The position numbers and the translations under genes were made by a program. The notes below the pieces were generated by a model. It saw only the letters and a program-made list of their open reading frames with translations. It did no database searches and was not told the DNA's origin. A stretch of DNA of 63,819 nt, counting the filler, from Reclinomonas americana ATCC 50394 (Eukaryota), in the NCBI GenBank assembly GCA_048213135.1. It is 5 parts of 2 records of this genome, joined end to end, with 100 filler letters (N's around TTAATTAATTAA, not from the genome) between each part and the next. Parts side by side here need not be neighbours in the genome. Positions count along the whole stretch, not along the records: positions 1 to 13,738 come from PS015048.1; positions 13,839 to 36,541 come from PS015048.1; 3 more parts are not named here. One strand, 5' to 3'. This document shows, piece by piece, positions 11,989-24,526 of the stretch (position 1 is its first letter; every line of letters begins with the position of its first letter).

Positions 11989-12313
11989 NNNNNNNNNNNN
12001 NNNNNNNNNNNNNNNNNNNNNNNNNNNNNNNNNNNNNNNNNNNNNNNNNNNNNNNNNNNNNNNNNNNNNNNNNNNNNNNNNNNNNNNNNNNNNNNNNNNN
12101 NNNNNNNNNNNNNNNNNNNNNNNNNNNNNNNNNNNNNNNNNNNNNNNNNNNNNNNNNNNNNNNNNNNNNNNNNNNNNNNNNNNNNNNNNNNNNNNNNNNN
12201 NNNNNNNNNNNNNNNNNNNNNNNNNNNNNNNNNNNNNNNNNNNNNNNNNNNNNNNNNNNNNNNNNNNNNNNNNNNNNNNNNNNNNNNNNNNNNNNNNNNN
12301 NNNNNNNNNNNNN

Positions 12314-15279
12314 GATCGCAGTGTTTTCAAGGCCTGGTTGCCGACCGAGGGCGATGTGAGGGACGAGCTGGCCGTGCTCGTCTGCTCGGCGCTGCTGAAC
12401 GAGCCGCGCTACTACGACAACGGCGACCTGAGTGCGCAGGCCAGCGAGATCCGCCGCGTGGCCCGTGCGTGCGCCGCCACTGAGGAGGTCGACGCCGATT
12501 TTTTGCTGTGCCTGGCGCGCTACGTCAGAGTCGACCTGGGCCTACGGGCCTCCTCGTGCTTCCTGCTGGCGCTGGCGGCTGCAGATGAGGAGTGTGCACC
12601 GCGCTGCTCACGATTTGTGTCGCACTACGTGCCTCTGGTGTGCCAGCACCCAGGCGACCTGCTGGAGCTGGCCAATAGCGTGACGGCGCTGTCCGGGCGC
12701 GACAAGTGGCTGCCGTCGTGCATTCGACGGGGCGTGTGCCTCGCCCTGCCGCGATACGACGAGTACCAGCTGGCCAAGCACAACCGCGACAAGGTCCGGC
12801 GAGCGAAGGAGCGCCAGCGCAAGGCGGCCAAGAAGCAGGCGCAGCAGCAGGAGCTGGACGCAGCTGCTGCCGCGGCGGCGGCTATGGCGCCGAAGGGCAA
12901 CAAGGCCAAGGCCAAGGGGAAGAAGGACCAGCGACAGAAGGTCGCAATGAAGGCTCGCGGCAGCATCGCGGCCATGGCGGCTCGTGCACAGGCCGCCAGT
13001 GCCGCCGGTGCAGACGGCAGCGGCAGCGGCAGTGGCAGTGGCAGTGCGCGCCAGCCGTGGACGCTGAAGCAGCTGGTGCGCACTTGCCACGCCCACGAGC
13101 CGTGGAACCTCGTGTCGAAGATCCTGGGCAAGCGCGATGAGACTACGGGCCAGCGCCTGGCACTCGCCACGCCGCAGACGTGGGAGACGCAGGTGGCGGC
13201 CCACGGCAACACGAGCGCAGTGTGGGAGGAGTTGCTGCGGGCGAACAAGTTGCCGCTGCTCGCCACCCTCCGGAACCTGCGCAGCCTGCTCACGGTGACG
13301 CCAATGGTGGACGCGAGCCTGTACCGTGCCACTGTGCTGGCTCGTCTCACCAGTGAGCGGGCGGTGGGCATCTCGCGGTTGGCGCCGCACCAGTTCCTGG
13401 CGGCCGTGCACGTCGTCGGACAGCTCGCGGACTCGGCCGAGTTGTCTGCGAGTGCCGCGGCGTTGGCGCGGGAGACGACGGAGGCGCTGGACACGGCGTG
13501 CGCGTGTGCTGCCAACCGCAACTTGCCTCAGCTGCGCGGTCGGACGGTCGTGTTTTGCGACACCAGCGGCTCCATGGGCTCGGTGTGCAACACGGGCAGG
13601 GCGACTGGCCTCGGCCAGCAGCAGCGGCAGAGAGGCCAACTGGGTGGACGTGGCAACCGTGCTGCCGGCCCCACGCACGTCACCTGCCGCGACGTGGCGG
13701 TGTTCCTCAGCCTGCTGATCAAGTTTGCCGGCGGCGACNNNNNNNNNNNNNNNNNNNNNNNNNNNNNNNNNNNNNNNNNNNNTTAATTAATTAANNNNNN
13801 NNNNNNNNNNNNNNNNNNNNNNNNNNNNNNNNNNNNNNGATTGTGAGCTGCGCGTCTTCAGCTCGGCTCGGCAGCGCGGCGAGAAGAGCCACCGGCGAGT
13901 CGACAACTTGGACAGCAACAGCATCCTCCGCAACATTGCCCGCGTGAACGCCGAGGCCTCACGCCTGGGTGGCGGCACCGACTTCCCGTTCGACTACATC
14001 ACGGGCATGTTGCAGGAGGATGCCGACGCGGTGGAGCCGGTGCAGACCATGGTCATCCTCTCCGACATGCAGTTCACCAACCTGTCGCAGTCGGTGAGCA
14101 GGTCCGGCGACCTGGCCTCCATGTTGCGCGAGTACCGCGAGCGTCGCAACCCGAACATGCTCTTTGTGTCGGTGGACCTGCTGGGCTACGCGCAGCGGCC
14201 GGAGGAGCTGCGCTCGCGCGAGCTCGGCCAGTCGCCGAACAACCTGCAGCTGTCTGGCTTCTCGCCGTCGGTGCTCTCGTTCATCGCCAACCGCCAGCTG
14301 AACCAGGTCGAGCGCATCTACGAGAGACGAGTGACGCCGGCGGAGTGCGAGGCCATGGTGGCGGTGTTGAANNNNNNNNNNNNNNNNNNNNNNNNNNNNN
14401 NNNNNNNNNNNNNNNNNNNNNNNNNNNNNNNNNNNNNNNNNNNNNNNNNNNNNNNNNNNNNNNNNNNNNNNNNNNNNNNNNNNNNNNNNNNNNNNNNNNN
14501 NNNNNNNNNNNNNNNNNNNNNNNNNNNNNNNNNNNNNNNNNNNNNNNNNNNNNNNNNNNNNNNNNNNNNNNNNNNNNNNNNNNNNNNNNNNNNNNNNNNN
14601 NNNNNNNNNNNNNNNNNNNNNNNNNNNNNNNNNNNNNNNNNNNNNNNNNNNNNNNNNNNNNNNNNNNNNNNNNNNNNNNNNNNNNNNNNNNNNNNNNNNN
14701 NNNNNNNNNNNNNNNNNNNNNNNNNNNNNNNNNNNNNNNNNNNNNNNNNNNNNNNNNNNNNNNNNNNNNNNNNNNNNNNNNNNNNNNNNNNNNNNNNNNN
14801 NNNNNNNNNNNNNNNNNNNNNNNNNNNNNNNNNNNNNNNNNNNNNNNNNNNNNNNNNNNNNNNNNNNNNNNNNNNNNNNNNNNNNNNNNNNNNNNNNNNN
14901 NNNNNNNNNNNNNNNNNNNNNNNNNNNNNNNNNNNNNNNNNNNNNNNNNNNNNNNNNNNNNNNNNNNNNNNNNNNNNNNNNNNNNNNNNNNNNNNNNNNN
15001 NNNNNNNNNNNNNNNNNNNNNNNNNNNNNNNNNNNNNNNNNNNNNNNNNNNNNNNNNNNNNNNNNNNNNNNNNNNNNNNNNNNNNNNNNNNNNNNNNNNN
15101 NNNNNNNNNNNNNNNNNNNNNNNNNNNNNNNNNNNNNNNNNNNNNNNNNNNNGAATGCCGGCACCGCAGCTGGTGCTGTCGTTGCTCGCGTTGGAGACGA
15201 GCAGGCCATGGAGGTGGAGGAGCTCGAGGGAGCAATGAGTGTGGACGAGGAGGGCGAGGCTGATGAGGCGGTCGTGTAG
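12314..15279 (+). CDS. TROVE + vWA protein of the TEP1/p80 type (5' end in gap)
   Basis: LVCSALLNEPRYY, FLLCLARYVRVDLGLR, LPRYDEYQLAKHN, WTLKQLVRTCH, LATPQTWETQVAAHGN..VWEELL..KLPLLATLRNLRSLL are TEP1/p80 TROVE motifs. The vWA domain has MIDAS DTSGSM, GGGTDFP and ILSDMQ. Frames join across the linker (13738/13839) and across the 14372-15152 gap. Confidence 0.88.
13783..13794. other. Artificial scaffold linker TTAATTAATTAA flanked by N-runs (also at 36586-36597, 56110-56121, 62571-62582)
   Basis: An identical palindromic 12-mer with stop codons in all six frames is embedded in N-runs four times. Confidence 0.95.
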
Positions 15280-15497
15280 GCGAGCGAGACAGAGAGACGA
15301 AGAAGAGGGGGAGGATACATATATAATGAAACTTTAATAATGATATCAAACTTCTGGAGCCATCGCTGTGGTGCCTGCCTTGATCAGGAGCATGATCCCG
15401 AAGGAGGGAGGGAGAGAGAGAGCGATGAGTATACACTGATGATGAAGACGAACGCAGTAACGCAGTTCGTTTACAGTGTTCTCTTCATTGTCCACAG

Positions 15498-16229
15498 ATG
15501 TCTTCGCGCGGGTTCCCACCACCCCCCGCTGCCTTCACCACGGGTCTCGGCGGCGCGTCGTCTGTGCTGGATCGCGTGCGCAGCTTCCTGCCGACACTCG
15601 CAGCGGCGAACGAAAGCCTGCTGGCCGATCCGAGCAGTCGCGGTGTTGCCGATCCCGAGTCACATGTGCGCTCCGCGTCGCACAGCGGCGGTGATGATGA
15701 CGACGACGAGGAGGAGGAGGATCCAATGCAGGCAGAGGACGAGGACGACCCCATGGGCGAGGAGGAGGACGACGACGGGGCGCAGGCTGTGGAGATGGCA
15801 AGTGCACATTCACATCACCAGCCGCCCCTTCTCTTTCCCCCATTGGTTCGAAACTCACGCGCACGTCATCATATCACACAGTCACTGGCGCTGGGCGTGT
15901 ACATTACATCATCGTCCTCGTCCTCATCGTCAGCCGGAGAGGAAGACGAGGACGAAGATGAAGAGGCAGGGGAAAAGCAGGCAGGTGCGAACGATGGTGA
16001 CGAGGGAATGAGACCAGCAGGTCGCAGAAGACGGCTGCGTTTGCCCACGGCGGCCTCCTCCGCCGCCGCCGGTCACGCCTCCTNNNNNNNNNNNNNNNNN
16101 NNNCACCACCGCGCATTGAAGTACTGGGCGGTGGTGCGGGCGACGAAATCGAACAGGTGGAGAGGCAGAGGCGGCAAGCGCGGCGGGCGGCGCGCAGCGA
16201 GCGACGAAGGCGACGAGCGGCGCAGCTAG
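15498..16229 (+). CDS. NOPCHAP1/C12orf45-like (DUF4598) acidic protein
   Basis: SSVLDRVRSFLPTLAAANESL followed by an acidic tract and AVEM|SLALGVY, the two conserved DUF4598 blocks. Confidence 0.72.
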   Translation: MSSRGFPPPPAAFTTGLGGASSVLDRVRSFLPTLAAANESLLADPSSRGVADPESHVRSASHSGGDDDDDEEEEDPMQAEDEDDPMGEEEDDDGAQAVEMASAHSHHQPPLLFPPLVRNSRARHHITQSLALGVYITSSSSSSSSAGEEDEDEDEEAGEKQAGANDGDEGMRPAGRRRRLRLPTAASSAAAGHASXXXXXXXHHRALKYWAVVRATKSNRWRGRGGKRGGRRAASDEGDERRS

Positions 16230-16256
16230 ATGCACTGCGGCGCTCCTCGCAGTTTG

Positions 16257-17887
16257 TCAATGAAGAGATGTCGTCGTCGTCGTTGTAGATTGGTGTAGGA
16301 GGGCGGGCAGGCGGCGTGTGACGAGCGGTTCAATGATGCGCTCCAGTTGGTGCGTGGTGCGCTCGAGACGCTGCAGTGCGGGCGCCGAGGACGCGAGGGT
16401 GCTGCTGCTGCTGCTGGGCGTGGTGTCGATGCGCAGCAGTGCCGCTTGNNNNNNNNNNNNNNNNNNNNNNNNNNNNNNNNNNNNNNNNNNNNNNNNNNNN
16501 NNNNNNNNNNNNNNNNNNNNNNNNNNNNNNNNNNNNNNNNNNNNNNNNNNNTGCTTCCTGAATGGCGGCGAGCCATTGATCTGCCACAAGAGAGAGTGTT
16601 ACACGCGTGCAGTGAAAGAGAGAGAGGAGTGTGCTGTCGACTGACCGCGCACAGTGGGCGACAAGTCGGCAGCAGCAGAAGGCGACGAGGGACTGTGGTA
16701 GTTCATTTTGTTCTCTCTGCTGTTTCACATGCGTGTGTTGGTGATGACAGTGGAAGGACGACGGACCAAGGGCTCGCCGTCGTCTTGCACGTCGACGTGT
16801 GGCTGCTCCAACCAGCGCACTGCGCATTGCAGCAGGCGCCACACACCACCGAGCACCGGAGTGCCGCGATCGTGCGCGTCCACCTGGCTCGGAATGGACA
16901 AGTGATAGAGATCCCACAGCAGCAGTGTCAGCACCAGCGCAATCAGCACGTCTGCCACACGAACGAGTGAGTGAGTGAGGAGTCACAGTGCACAAGTCGC
17001 AGCAGCAGCGGCAGACCGATGGTGTAGTGGTAGCGACATGACAGGAGGAGCGCCATGCCAGCAAAGCTGAACAACCACGCGACGACATGCGACTGCACAG
17101 CTGCGAATGAGCAGCAGCGGAGCGGAAGGGGAGCACACACACGCACAGTCGACTCACCAGCCGCGACTTGGAGTACGACTGCCAGGCGAGAGTCATCAGC
17201 AGGAAGTGCACCGTGTGCCCGGAAAACATCAAGTCTGTCGTGAGACACAAAGTCAGACTCCCTCTTCTCTGCCTCTTTCTCTCGCGCGCGCAAGGCCGCA
17301 CCTCCACAGCTCCAGAACGGAAACCTCGACACAGTCATCCACACGGCGCCCCACACGGTGGCGGGACACTCGGAGCCACAGTGGTTGCATCGCGGATCGG
17401 GATTGTTGAGCTAGTCAATGAATGAATGAGCGCGGGGTGATTGGATAGGATTCATCATGTATGTGAGTGCCGCTCACCGAGGTGGAGATAATGGTCACAG
17501 CGCGCGAGAACAACAACACTCCGTCAATCACCATCCACCGGATGGCCACTGCCCACCGCCGCGAGTCCAACAACAAGAAGCGCGCGCCAGTGACCAACAT
17601 AAACAGCACCAGCACATATGTCGGCAGCTGGCTGCTGCTGCCAAAGTACCTATGTGCGTGTGCGTATGTGTGAGCGCGTGTGTGTGAAGCGTGTGTATGT
17701 GTGCGAGAACTCACGGGATGGCATCGTAGCCGAGATCTGGCAACACGGGGAACGGATCACGTGGAGGCCATCCGGCGCCCTTGGGCATTCTCCACATGGC
17801 CACGCCCGAGCTCACATCGTTGACCACGTAGGCCACAAAGAAGAAGATAAAGGCCGCCCAGAAGCGCCTTGCGGTGCCCACCATCAT
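16257..17887 (-). CDS. Sphingomyelin/inositol-phosphorylceramide synthase family (PAP2-like), multi-exon
   Basis: LPDLGYDAIP, LFSRAVTIISTS, CG|DLMFSGHT (D3 motif) and RYHYTI|DVLIA (D4 motif), with several hydrophobic TM segments. Confidence 0.9.
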
Positions 17888-17945
17888 CCGTCGACGATCA
17901 CGCGCGCAGGACGACACAGTCCTCTCTCTGTCTTGTCTTCGTTGC

Positions 17946-20900
17946 ATGAGCGCGCTGGTTGCGCTGTTTGGGCGACTGGCCTCTGCGCTGCCGTCATTAC
18001 GTGGGCGGCCACGACTGGCATCGGCAGTGTCGCGCTTGCTTGGCTCGCCCACATCGACGCCCGACGAAGGTACCGTGCATGCCAATCGGGTGTGCGATCT
18101 GGCGCTCTTTCTTCCGGTCAGCGCACGCACTGTGCTGCGAGCAGGTAGGTGTGGAGGACGGCAGATAGAGAGACGGGCACTGACGCGCGCCTCCAGGCTC
18201 GGGGGTGCTCGATGCACAGACGCATCCACCAATGTCGACGGTGACGCTGACGATGAAAGTGACGGCGTATGTGCAGCATCCGCGACGCACGCTGGTGCAT
18301 GGAGTGACGACGCAAGGGCAGCAGGTGCACGTGGTGTACTTTGCGCGAATGCCCATGGGCTACATCCACAAGCAGTTCCCGCGGGATCAGCTGCGCGTGG
18401 TCACCGGGCGCGTCAAGTTCTTCCAGCCGCACTCGTGTTGCGTCTTGCCGCGTCTCGCCGGTCTCTCTATCTCTCTAACTAACTGTCTCTCTGTGTGTGT
18501 GATGCGACAGTGGTGCTGCCGATTGTGAGCATCTCACACCCGACGTATGTGGGTTCACCAGAGACGACTGCTGCTGCTGCCGCCACCGAGCCACCATTAC
18601 CCGAGTCAGCAGGCGAAGGCACACTGGCAGCAACCAAGACGAAGACGAGGAAGACGAGGAAGCAACAAAAGGCGCCAACAGAGGACCTTACTGTAGACTC
18701 CTCCTCCACAACAACATCGGAGGAGCAGCCGGTTCCAGTGTATCCGCTCACCGCCGGGCTGAAGTCGTCGGTGTTGCAGACGTTGATCCGCGAGGCCATG
18801 GATCAGTCGGTGGTACCGCATCTGCAGCGCGTGGAGTGGTTGTCGCCGACCTTGGTGTGTGAGCGACAGTGGATGTCGTTCACCGACGCCTTGCGGTGCG
18901 TGCACTTTATGGATGCGCACGGCAGCTCGAATGACGCCGCAGCCAAGGCGCAGCGCGAGGCGGCACGCTCCCGACTGGCATTCGACGAGCTCTTTGCACA
19001 GCAGTTGGCGTTCTCCGTGGCCCGACACGAGCGCATGCTGGAGGCCGACGCGCGTCAGACCCTTCAACAGAATCGTGTGACACTCAGTTTCGCTGAAGTG
19101 CAGGAACGAGTGCCGCTGATCAAGCGTGCAGCTGCCGCCCTCCCGTTTGCACTGTCGCCCGGGCAGGAGAGCGCCGTGTGCGAAATCGTGTCGGACGTGC
19201 TGCACGGAACAACGACGCGCACACCGATGTGTCGCCTCCTGCAAGGCGATGTCGGCTCCGGTAAGACCGTGGTGACGTTTCTGGCGGCCCTGGCTGCCGT
19301 GCACACCGGTGGGCAAGTGGCACTGATGGCTCCGACCGAGTTNNNNNNNNNNNNNNNNNNNNGCTGGCCTCCCAACACTTTTCCACGCTCTCCAGATTCG
19401 CCGGCCCCATTGGTGAGGCATGCTCTGGCACGCCCGCTCACCGCTCACTGCATACCCACTCTCTCTTTTAATCGCCATGAGCGCAGATGTGTCGGTGCTG
19501 CTGCTGACGGGTCGTCTCGGTGTGCGAGCACGCCGCGACGCGCTGGCTCGCATCGCCGACGGACGAGCGCAGATTATTATCGGCACCCACGCTCTGTTTC
19601 AGCACTCTGTAGTATTCCACACTCTCGCGCTGGCAGTCATCGACGAGCAGCAGCGCTTTGGTGTGCGACAGCGCATGTCGCTGACCGATAAGGGCGCAGT
19701 GCACCGCGTACACGTGCTGGCCACGACCGCCACACCCATTCCACGCACCCTCATGCTGGCGGCGTACGGTGACATGGATGTGACGCGCATTCGTGATCGC
19801 ACACGACCGCCAGTGGAGACAGTGGCGCTCACCGCCGGCCCCAAGGCCATGGAGTACGCACTGGCGCAGGTGCTGGCGGCGCTGAAGCGGGGTGAAAAGT
19901 CGTACTGGATCTGCCCGCTGATCGAGGACAGCGAGATCTCGCCGCAGCTGACGGCCGTCACCGAGCGGCGAGCGTGGCTGGAGAAGCGGCTGGCGGAGAG
20001 CTCGCCCACCACGACGGTGGCGCTGGTGCATGGGAGACTATCGTCGGAGGAGAAACAGCGAGAAATGGACTCGTTTGCGGACGGTGATGCTGCGGTGNNN
20101 NNNNNNNNNNNNNNNNNNNNNNNNNNNNNNNNNNNNNNNNNNNNNNNNNNNNNNNNNNNNNNNNNNNNNNNNNNNNNNNNNNNNNNNNNNNNNNNNNNNN
20201 NNNNNNNNNNNNNNNNNNNNNNNNNNNNNNNNNNNNNNNNNNNNNNNNNNNNNNNNNNNNNNNNNNNNNNNNNNNNNNNNNNNNNNNNNNNNNNNNNNNN
20301 NNNNNNNNNNNNNNNNNNNNNNNNNNNNNNNNNNNNNNNNNNNNNNNNNNNNNNNNNNNNNNNNNNNNNNNNNNNNNNNNNNNNNNNNNNNNNNNNNNNN
20401 NNNNNNNNNNNNNNNNNNNNNNNNNNNNNNNNNNNNNNNNNNNNNNNNNNNNNNNNNNNNNNNNNNNNNNNNNNNNNNNNNNNNNNNNNNNNNNNNNNNN
20501 CTGGTCGGCACCACGGTGGTGGAGGTGGGCATGGATGTGCGTCTCGCCACGCTGATGGTCGTGGAGCACGCGGAACGGTACGGCCTCTCGCAGTTGCACC
20601 AGCTGCGTGGTCGCGTCGGCCGCTCCGGCGATCGACCGAGTCGATGCATTCTCATGGCGTCCGAGTCGGTGTCGACGAGCTCCGAGGCCACCGAGCGATT
20701 GCGCATTATGGAGTCGACTCATGATGGGTGTGTGTGCGCGTGAATGAGAAAGGTCGCGTGTGTGTGTGGCTCATGTGATGGCAGTTTTGTGATTGCTGAA
20801 CGAGACTTGGCATTCCGAGGGCATGGCGAGGTTCTCGGAACCAAGCAGGTGTGTGAGGGGTTCGGAGGGGAGGCGGGGGGAATGGGTGTGTTTCTCATTC

Positions 20901-21172
20901 GACAACACGCAGAGTGGAGCGGTGGACTACCGCATCGCCCAGCCAGGTGACCCCGCACTGTACGAGGAAATGACGCTGGCGCAGGAGCATGCTCGGCAGC
21001 TGGTGGAGGTGGACCCGCACCTGGACAACTCGCCACGAGGCAAGGCCGCTCGCACGCTGTTGGAGGTGTTTGTGAAGCATGAAGCGTTGCAGTTCTTGCG
21101 GTGAGTGCTGCATGTTTTGGCGTTGTGTGGTGGTGCTGCGCTGAGCAATGTGTGTGTCGCAGGTCGGGGTGA
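17946..21172 (+). CDS. recG: ATP-dependent DNA helicase RecG, probably organelle-targeted, multi-exon
   Basis: [116 protein letters not shown] and [23 protein letters not shown]. The N-terminus is Arg/Ser/Leu-rich and lacks acidic residues. Confidence 0.95.
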
Positions 21173-21581
21173 TATGTGATGAAGTTGACAACATCTCCAG
21201 TTCTTTGTTGTTTATGGTGGAAGAGGATTTGCCGTCACTGGCGGGTGAGTGGCGTATTTCCCCTCGTCACCAATCTATCATGTTCGATTGAAATTCAAAC
21301 CCGGTTGTTTCATGATTAGTATTGTAATATGTCAGAGATGTACATATGCATGGGTACGGTATGGAATAATAAGCTTAGAAGGAGAGGTTTTCTTGCTAAT
21401 GTCAGTTGGTTGCCTTCATTGGCGTGTGCAGTGTGTGGCGTGCGTGTCGTGTCGTGTTTCGGATCGTGACTGGTTGTTTTGCTGCAGTGTCTGATGGTGG
21501 GTTTTCGGAAAATCCTGTTACGAGCTCGTATTGTCTCGCTGCCGGATCGTCATCAATTTATTTTTGCTTCTTGTGAGAGCA

Positions 21582-24526
21582 GACCGTGCGAGAGATTGCC
21601 ATGAACGCAGCACTTGGTGTCCGTGATTATGTTGTTGACGACGAAGACTGTGACAGTTCTGATGAGGAGGAACCTGAGGATCAGGTTGACGATGACACCG
21701 CACCCATCATCAAGTTGCGTTTGTCGTCTAACCTGTTGTTTGTACTGTGGATCCTCCACTATTATGTGACTTAAATATCGTGCTCGTCGCAGGAACCCCG
21801 AGTTTTTAAAATGTCGTTGTCGCAACCAGTCTCGCGCACCACTGCCTCTTGAGTCAACTTATGGAGTTCTGCCAACGCGAAACAATCAGCTGGGAAGAGT
21901 TCAAGAACTGTGTGAATAGTTGGTTCCTGGATATCAGTCGTCGACCTGCGGGGTAAGTCAATTATTGTCTCGTCATTGCGCAATCTCGGTAATGAGACTT
22001 GATATCGATGTTTGCTGTGGACATTGCTGTGTTCAGTTCCGTTGTTTGGGAAGTCGAGCGCGGCAATCGAAAACGAAAATGCGTTCGTTTTGAGACCAAG
22101 AAGAAGAACAAGGTGGTTCGACGATGGTTACGTTTCTTGTTGGAGAAGCGAGAGCGAGGAATGCAATTGGTCGACGCAATCGTGGACGGCGGTATTCAAA
22201 TGTTCAAGCACTTTGACATCAGCGCGACTTCGTCGATACTCCGCTTCATGAAATGGAATGGCGTCAGACTTGTCGAGAACGCCGAAGTTGTACGTATACG
22301 TGTATCTTCTGCGAGTCCACTGTTTAACCGCTGAATGCTGACTCTATTGGCGTGTGCGGTTTGCAGCGCGCAACTGTCGAGGAGTTAGCGAAAACGCGGA
22401 ATGACATCATGCACAAGATTGATGCGTTCCCGAGCAGTCGATGGAGAGCACTACGTCGAGATCTTGTTGGACCGACAGAACAAGAGCGTGCATTTGGCGT
22501 ACGCGCACATGCGCCAATGGTGGCAGCGAATCCGGTGCCCGGAGCAGATGCACCATGGCCAATCGTGGCAGTGGGTCCGGCCGTGGAGGCAGAGGCAGAT
22601 GTGCACATTGTTGTACAACCGCCGGTCGCGAATCCGGAACCCGGAGCAGGTGCACTTCTGGTGGCACCGGCAGCGGATCCGGAGCCAGTAGCAGATGATG
22701 CACCAATGGTGGCAGCGGGTCCGTTGCCCGGGGCAGATCGTGATGGCCGCATGCAGCTTTGGGCGAGGTTTCTGCGGGGCTGCGCAAACGTCGACACAAG
22801 AGCCGTTGATGAAGCGATCCAATACCTGCGCGACATCCGCGACGCCGTCGGGCCTCATGCCGACCTGGAAGGCAATGACGCGCAAGCTGCAGGTAATCAT
22901 GTTGCTGTGTTTCGCGTGCCCAACTCCAGCTCCGAATGCGTGTTGATTAACCCGAGCTCGCCGTGATGTAGGTGCAGCTGTTGCCCGTGTCGGTGCCAGG
23001 CAAACGCATCCCTCGTTGGATGCTTTGTGGAGTCGAATTGCCGGGGATGCTGCGCATAATGCAACTCTCGATGACATTTATCAGTATTTTGTTGCTACTT
23101 AAACCTCTCTTGTGCCCAGATGCACTCGTGTTCATCTGTTCGCATACGCAGGTGGGAGAGAACAAACGACCTGCAAAAGCCAGCTTCAGCCTTGCTTTTC
23201 TGGTCAGCGTGAGCGTTGTTCTACTACTGCTGGCTTTCATTCCCACAGAGAATCTCGGATCCTGGTTGACCACGACGGGGAACGGCCAAGTCTTCGTCAC
23301 AACGGGGTCCGACAACGGCGCACAAGTCACGGTGCTAGCGACCATGGTCCTGAAATTCAACGCTCTCAGAGCGCAATGGAGAAGTTTGTCGCTTACGCAT
23401 AATCTCTCCGAGTGAGTTCATTGTAATCCTTCGCGATCGTGCTAACTTTGTCCACACGGCAGTTACCATGGTGGAGAACCACGATACTCATCTCTTCAGG
23501 AACGAAACAATGCTCGACATGGATACTGAGTTGTGGCGGCTTTGTGGTGCATTGATGTTAGCTGCTCGCATCGTCTACTTTGCTTCGCGTCTGACAAACA
23601 CGTCGACTTTGTGTGAGGTTAGATGATCCCCTGATTGGCAACGCGCTTGGTTCATCGTGCACTGCATTGTGGGGACTTGGGATTGGTCCGTATAGTTGCT
23701 TTCCTCGGTTATGCTCGAGCTCAGGACCTGCTGATCAGATGTATGTCATGCAGCTATCTCTGTCATTGCAGCTGCTGCCGCGTTCTTTTGCCTTGCCGCC
23801 GAGTTTTTCTTGCTTCAGATGATTCCGTGGCGACACATTCGCACATGTTTCAAGTCGACTCCGTCACAATTGGTCAGTTACCATCTGTTTGTACTCTTCA
23901 CTTGCACGTCAGCCGTTCTTATCTGACAGTGCAATGCATCAATGCAGGGCCGCAAGTCCGGCTGCTGCTGCAACTTCTGGTCCGCGTCGAAAATGGCGAC
24001 ACATGCGACGGTATACATGTGCATATGCATATGCTACGCGCGCTGCTCTGTTTTCATTGCGGCTGCTTTGATGTACACCCGCAGACATCGCTGATATTGT
24101 CACTGGCCCTGGCGTGCTTCAACGGTGCGTTTGGTAGCTGTCTAGTGGAAGATATTCACTCGCAGATGTGCCTGACTTGATGAATTCCTAGTTCTCATCT
24201 GGCTTGCAATCGCCTTCTTCGGTCGTCCCCCGTTGAACAATAACATCTCCAAGGTCATCAACTCGCTGCTTCCGGCGTATGCTCATCCGGTTGTGGATGT
24301 GGGTCAAGTGGAAATCCAGTGGCTGCTGTGGCTGGAGGTGGCCGCCGTTGGACCAATCTTCATCGCCTTAGTTGCTCACATAAAGCTCCGACGTCGCTAC
24401 TCAATCAAGAGGGCCTATGCTGCAGCGTGGAGCCATATTTCGGAGATCTTTCACGGTCACGCCGTGGCGAACAGGGACAACAATAACAACAACGGCAACG
24501 GCAATGGCAACGACGACCGCGTCTGA
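21582..24526 (+). CDS. Uncharacterised multi-exon protein convergent with the Fanzor gene
   Basis: A series of GT-AG-bounded open segments, e.g. SVVWEVERGNRKRKCVRFE..., ATVEELAKTRNDIMHKID...APMVAA repeats, and final exon ...NNNNNGNGNGNDDRV*. No family motif was recognised and some junctions are uncertain. Confidence 0.5.

Noticed and set aside
12608-13678. Long antisense ORFs over TROVE, tgt, recG and FN3 genes
   Set aside because: These are the expected shadow ORFs of GC-rich, codon-biased coding sequence and carry no recognisable motifs.
13783-13794. TTAATTAATTAA as a piggyBac TTAA target site or biological palindrome
   Set aside because: It is always embedded in N-runs, identical four times and interrupts the TROVE-vWA reading frame, so it is an assembly linker.
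17711-18232. N-terminally extended sphingolipid synthase overlapping recG head-to-head
   Set aside because: The extension is the antisense of recG exon 1 and has no family similarity. The ATG at 17887 just before the first TM helix is more plausible.
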